64,000 nt of DNA from Basidiobolus meristosporus CBS 931.73 (taxonomy: Eukaryota > Fungi > Basidiobolomycota): positions 1 to 64,000 of the forward strand of contig MCFE01000506.1 of NCBI GenBank assembly GCA_002104905.1. Reading direction: 5' to 3'. Under the pieces are notes generated by a model. It was not told where the DNA came from and made no database searches. It was given only the letters and a program-made list of their open reading frames with translations. Position numbers and translations under genes: made by a program. Position 1 is the stretch's first letter. Each line of letters begins with the position of its first letter. This document shows, in pieces, positions 62,751-64,000 of the stretch.

Positions 62751-64000
62751 TTACATCAACGTGCCAACGCCAGCGCTTTGGAGGTAACTACTAAGGGCAC
62801 TCATCGAATCCTTGGGCAGTCCCTGTTGGATCGCGGTGGAGATTCGATTGGGGTTGGCTTGACAAACGGTGGCCAGGCATTGGCTGAGGTAGGCCTTGGG
62901 GTCTTGGATGTGGGATGCGGGGTCGTAGGTCATTTGCTTCGATGTGGCAAGGCGGGAGAAAGAGGCCTGGTAGCCGGTCTCCTCGAGATCGATCGCGTAG
63001 AGCTCCTCGTTCTCGTCCCCAGCCACCTCTTGGGGCGATTGCAGGATCTGGATGATCACGTCCAACACGATGGTCCATTGGCTGAAGTAGGGATCCTTCA
63101 GCATGGCGGTGGACTGGGTGAGCAGACGGATCATCGCCACCGCGGCTACCTTGCGCTCCACCAACCCGTGGATGGTCTGGGTCTCGGGGACGACGAAGGA
63201 CTTGACGATCTCGAAGAAGAGGCCGGGCTGGATGGAGTCGAAGAGCTCGAAGATCGAGTTGGCCGAGCCTTGTGGGTCCACCACCACGATGTAGGAGCAG
63301 ATGAAGTACACGAATCCCTTGGTGAACTTGGGGGTTCTGCTGCTTTGGAGACGGGTCAACAGCAGGGTGATCACCGCCTTCAGGTAGGGGTTCAAGGTGG
63401 CGATGGGGACGTTGCGGACAAGGGCGTTGAGGATGTCGAACCCGTGGGTGTCATTGAGTTTCGAGGCGATCAGCTTCTGGAAGATTCCCAGAATGGGGGT
63501 CAGCTGGTTCTGCTCCACGATGAACTTGGCGCCCTTGTTGAGGTACGATTGGATCAACCGGGACAGCGCAGGGATGTTTCCTTGCTGCTCCCACAATGTG
63601 GGCTGCAACAAAGGAGTGAGCATGGATTGGTAGGAGGCGGGGAGCTCCGATTCCTGGTGGGTTTCCAGCATTTGGGACAACAGCTGGAATACGTATGGGG
63701 TGAACTCGGTGACGTCCTGCTGCAAGATACCCTGGAATGGAGTGAAGAGCAACGACTCGAAGTCTCCGATGGCTGCTGGGTTGGCACTGCAGGTGAATCG
63801 GATCAATGCGCCAACCGATTCGAAGACGTAGTGGTTGAAGCGGGGGTTGCTGGGGTTTCTGCTGATGACGCTCAAGATGTTGGTCAGCTTGTTGAGAACA
63901 ACACTGACGTAGGGAACGATCTCCTCACGGCTAATCAAGATCACTCTCATCACTGCCTTCATGAGGTGATCGTTCTCGGCCAGCTTCTCGGGTGTGGCTC
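62751..64000 (-). CDS. CSE1: Exportin-2 / importin-alpha re-exporter, C-terminal part (5' end outside window)
   Basis: SRNPSNPRFNHYVFES, QDVTEFTPYVFQLL, LWEQQGNIPAL, LGIFQKL..SK.ND.HGF: CAS/CSE1 C-terminal region. Confidence 0.93.
   Translation of the reverse strand, partial: ATPEKLAENDHLMKAVMRVILISREEIVPYVSVVLNKLTNILSVISRNPSNPRFNHYVFESVGALIRFTCSANPAAIGDFESLLFTPFQGILQQDVTEFTPYVFQLLSQMLETHQESELPASYQSMLTPLLQPTLWEQQGNIPALSRLIQSYLNKGAKFIVEQNQLTPILGIFQKLIASKLNDTHGFDILNALVRNVPIATLNPYLKAVITLLLTRLQSSRTPKFTKGFVYFICSYIVVVDPQGSANSIFELFDSIQPGLFFEIVKSFVVPETQTIHGLVERKVAAVAMIRLLTQSTAMLKDPYFSQWTIVLDVIIQILQSPQEVAGDENEELYAIDLEETGYQASFSRLATSKQMTYDPASHIQDPKAYLSQCLATVCQANPNRISTAIQQGLPKDSMSALSSYLQSAGVGTLM

Noticed and set aside
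61486-63787. Long antisense ORFs over COQ11 and CSE1, and the many 60-130 aa ORFs across the TE block
   Set aside because: Shadows of GC3-rich coding sequence or alternative frames of decayed transposon genes.

Overview
Eukaryotic DNA, most likely fungal (inferred from short GT-AG introns with CTAAC-type branch sites, the gene orthologs, and a fungal-type tRNAi-Met primer site). The window has two compartments. (1) About 1-57,700 is a nested transposon graveyard, almost free of CpG. It holds about ten pieces of one CACTA/EnSpm-type DNA transposon ('family A': CCCTATGAAAAAT TIRs, 3-bp TSD, two divergent ORFs). It also holds two copies of a two-ORF ISL2/PIF-Harbinger-group transposon ('family B': AGACTTG(G/T)TCCA TIRs, AAT TSD) plus non-autonomous relatives, including 733-bp near-perfect palindromes whose arms appear to evolve in concert. 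Retroelements include a young full-length Copia with identical LTRs, a young full-length Ty3/Gypsy, a second Copia family (C) whose LTRs are nested inside each other, and older Gypsy ruins. (2) About 57,700-64,000 is CpG-rich genic DNA with a DED1/DDX3 helicase (7 exons), a COQ11-like NAD(P)-binding gene (6 exons) and the 3' part of CSE1/exportin-2. The best candidate for something undescribed is family B together with its palindromic derivatives. All alignments were done by eye; no searches were run.
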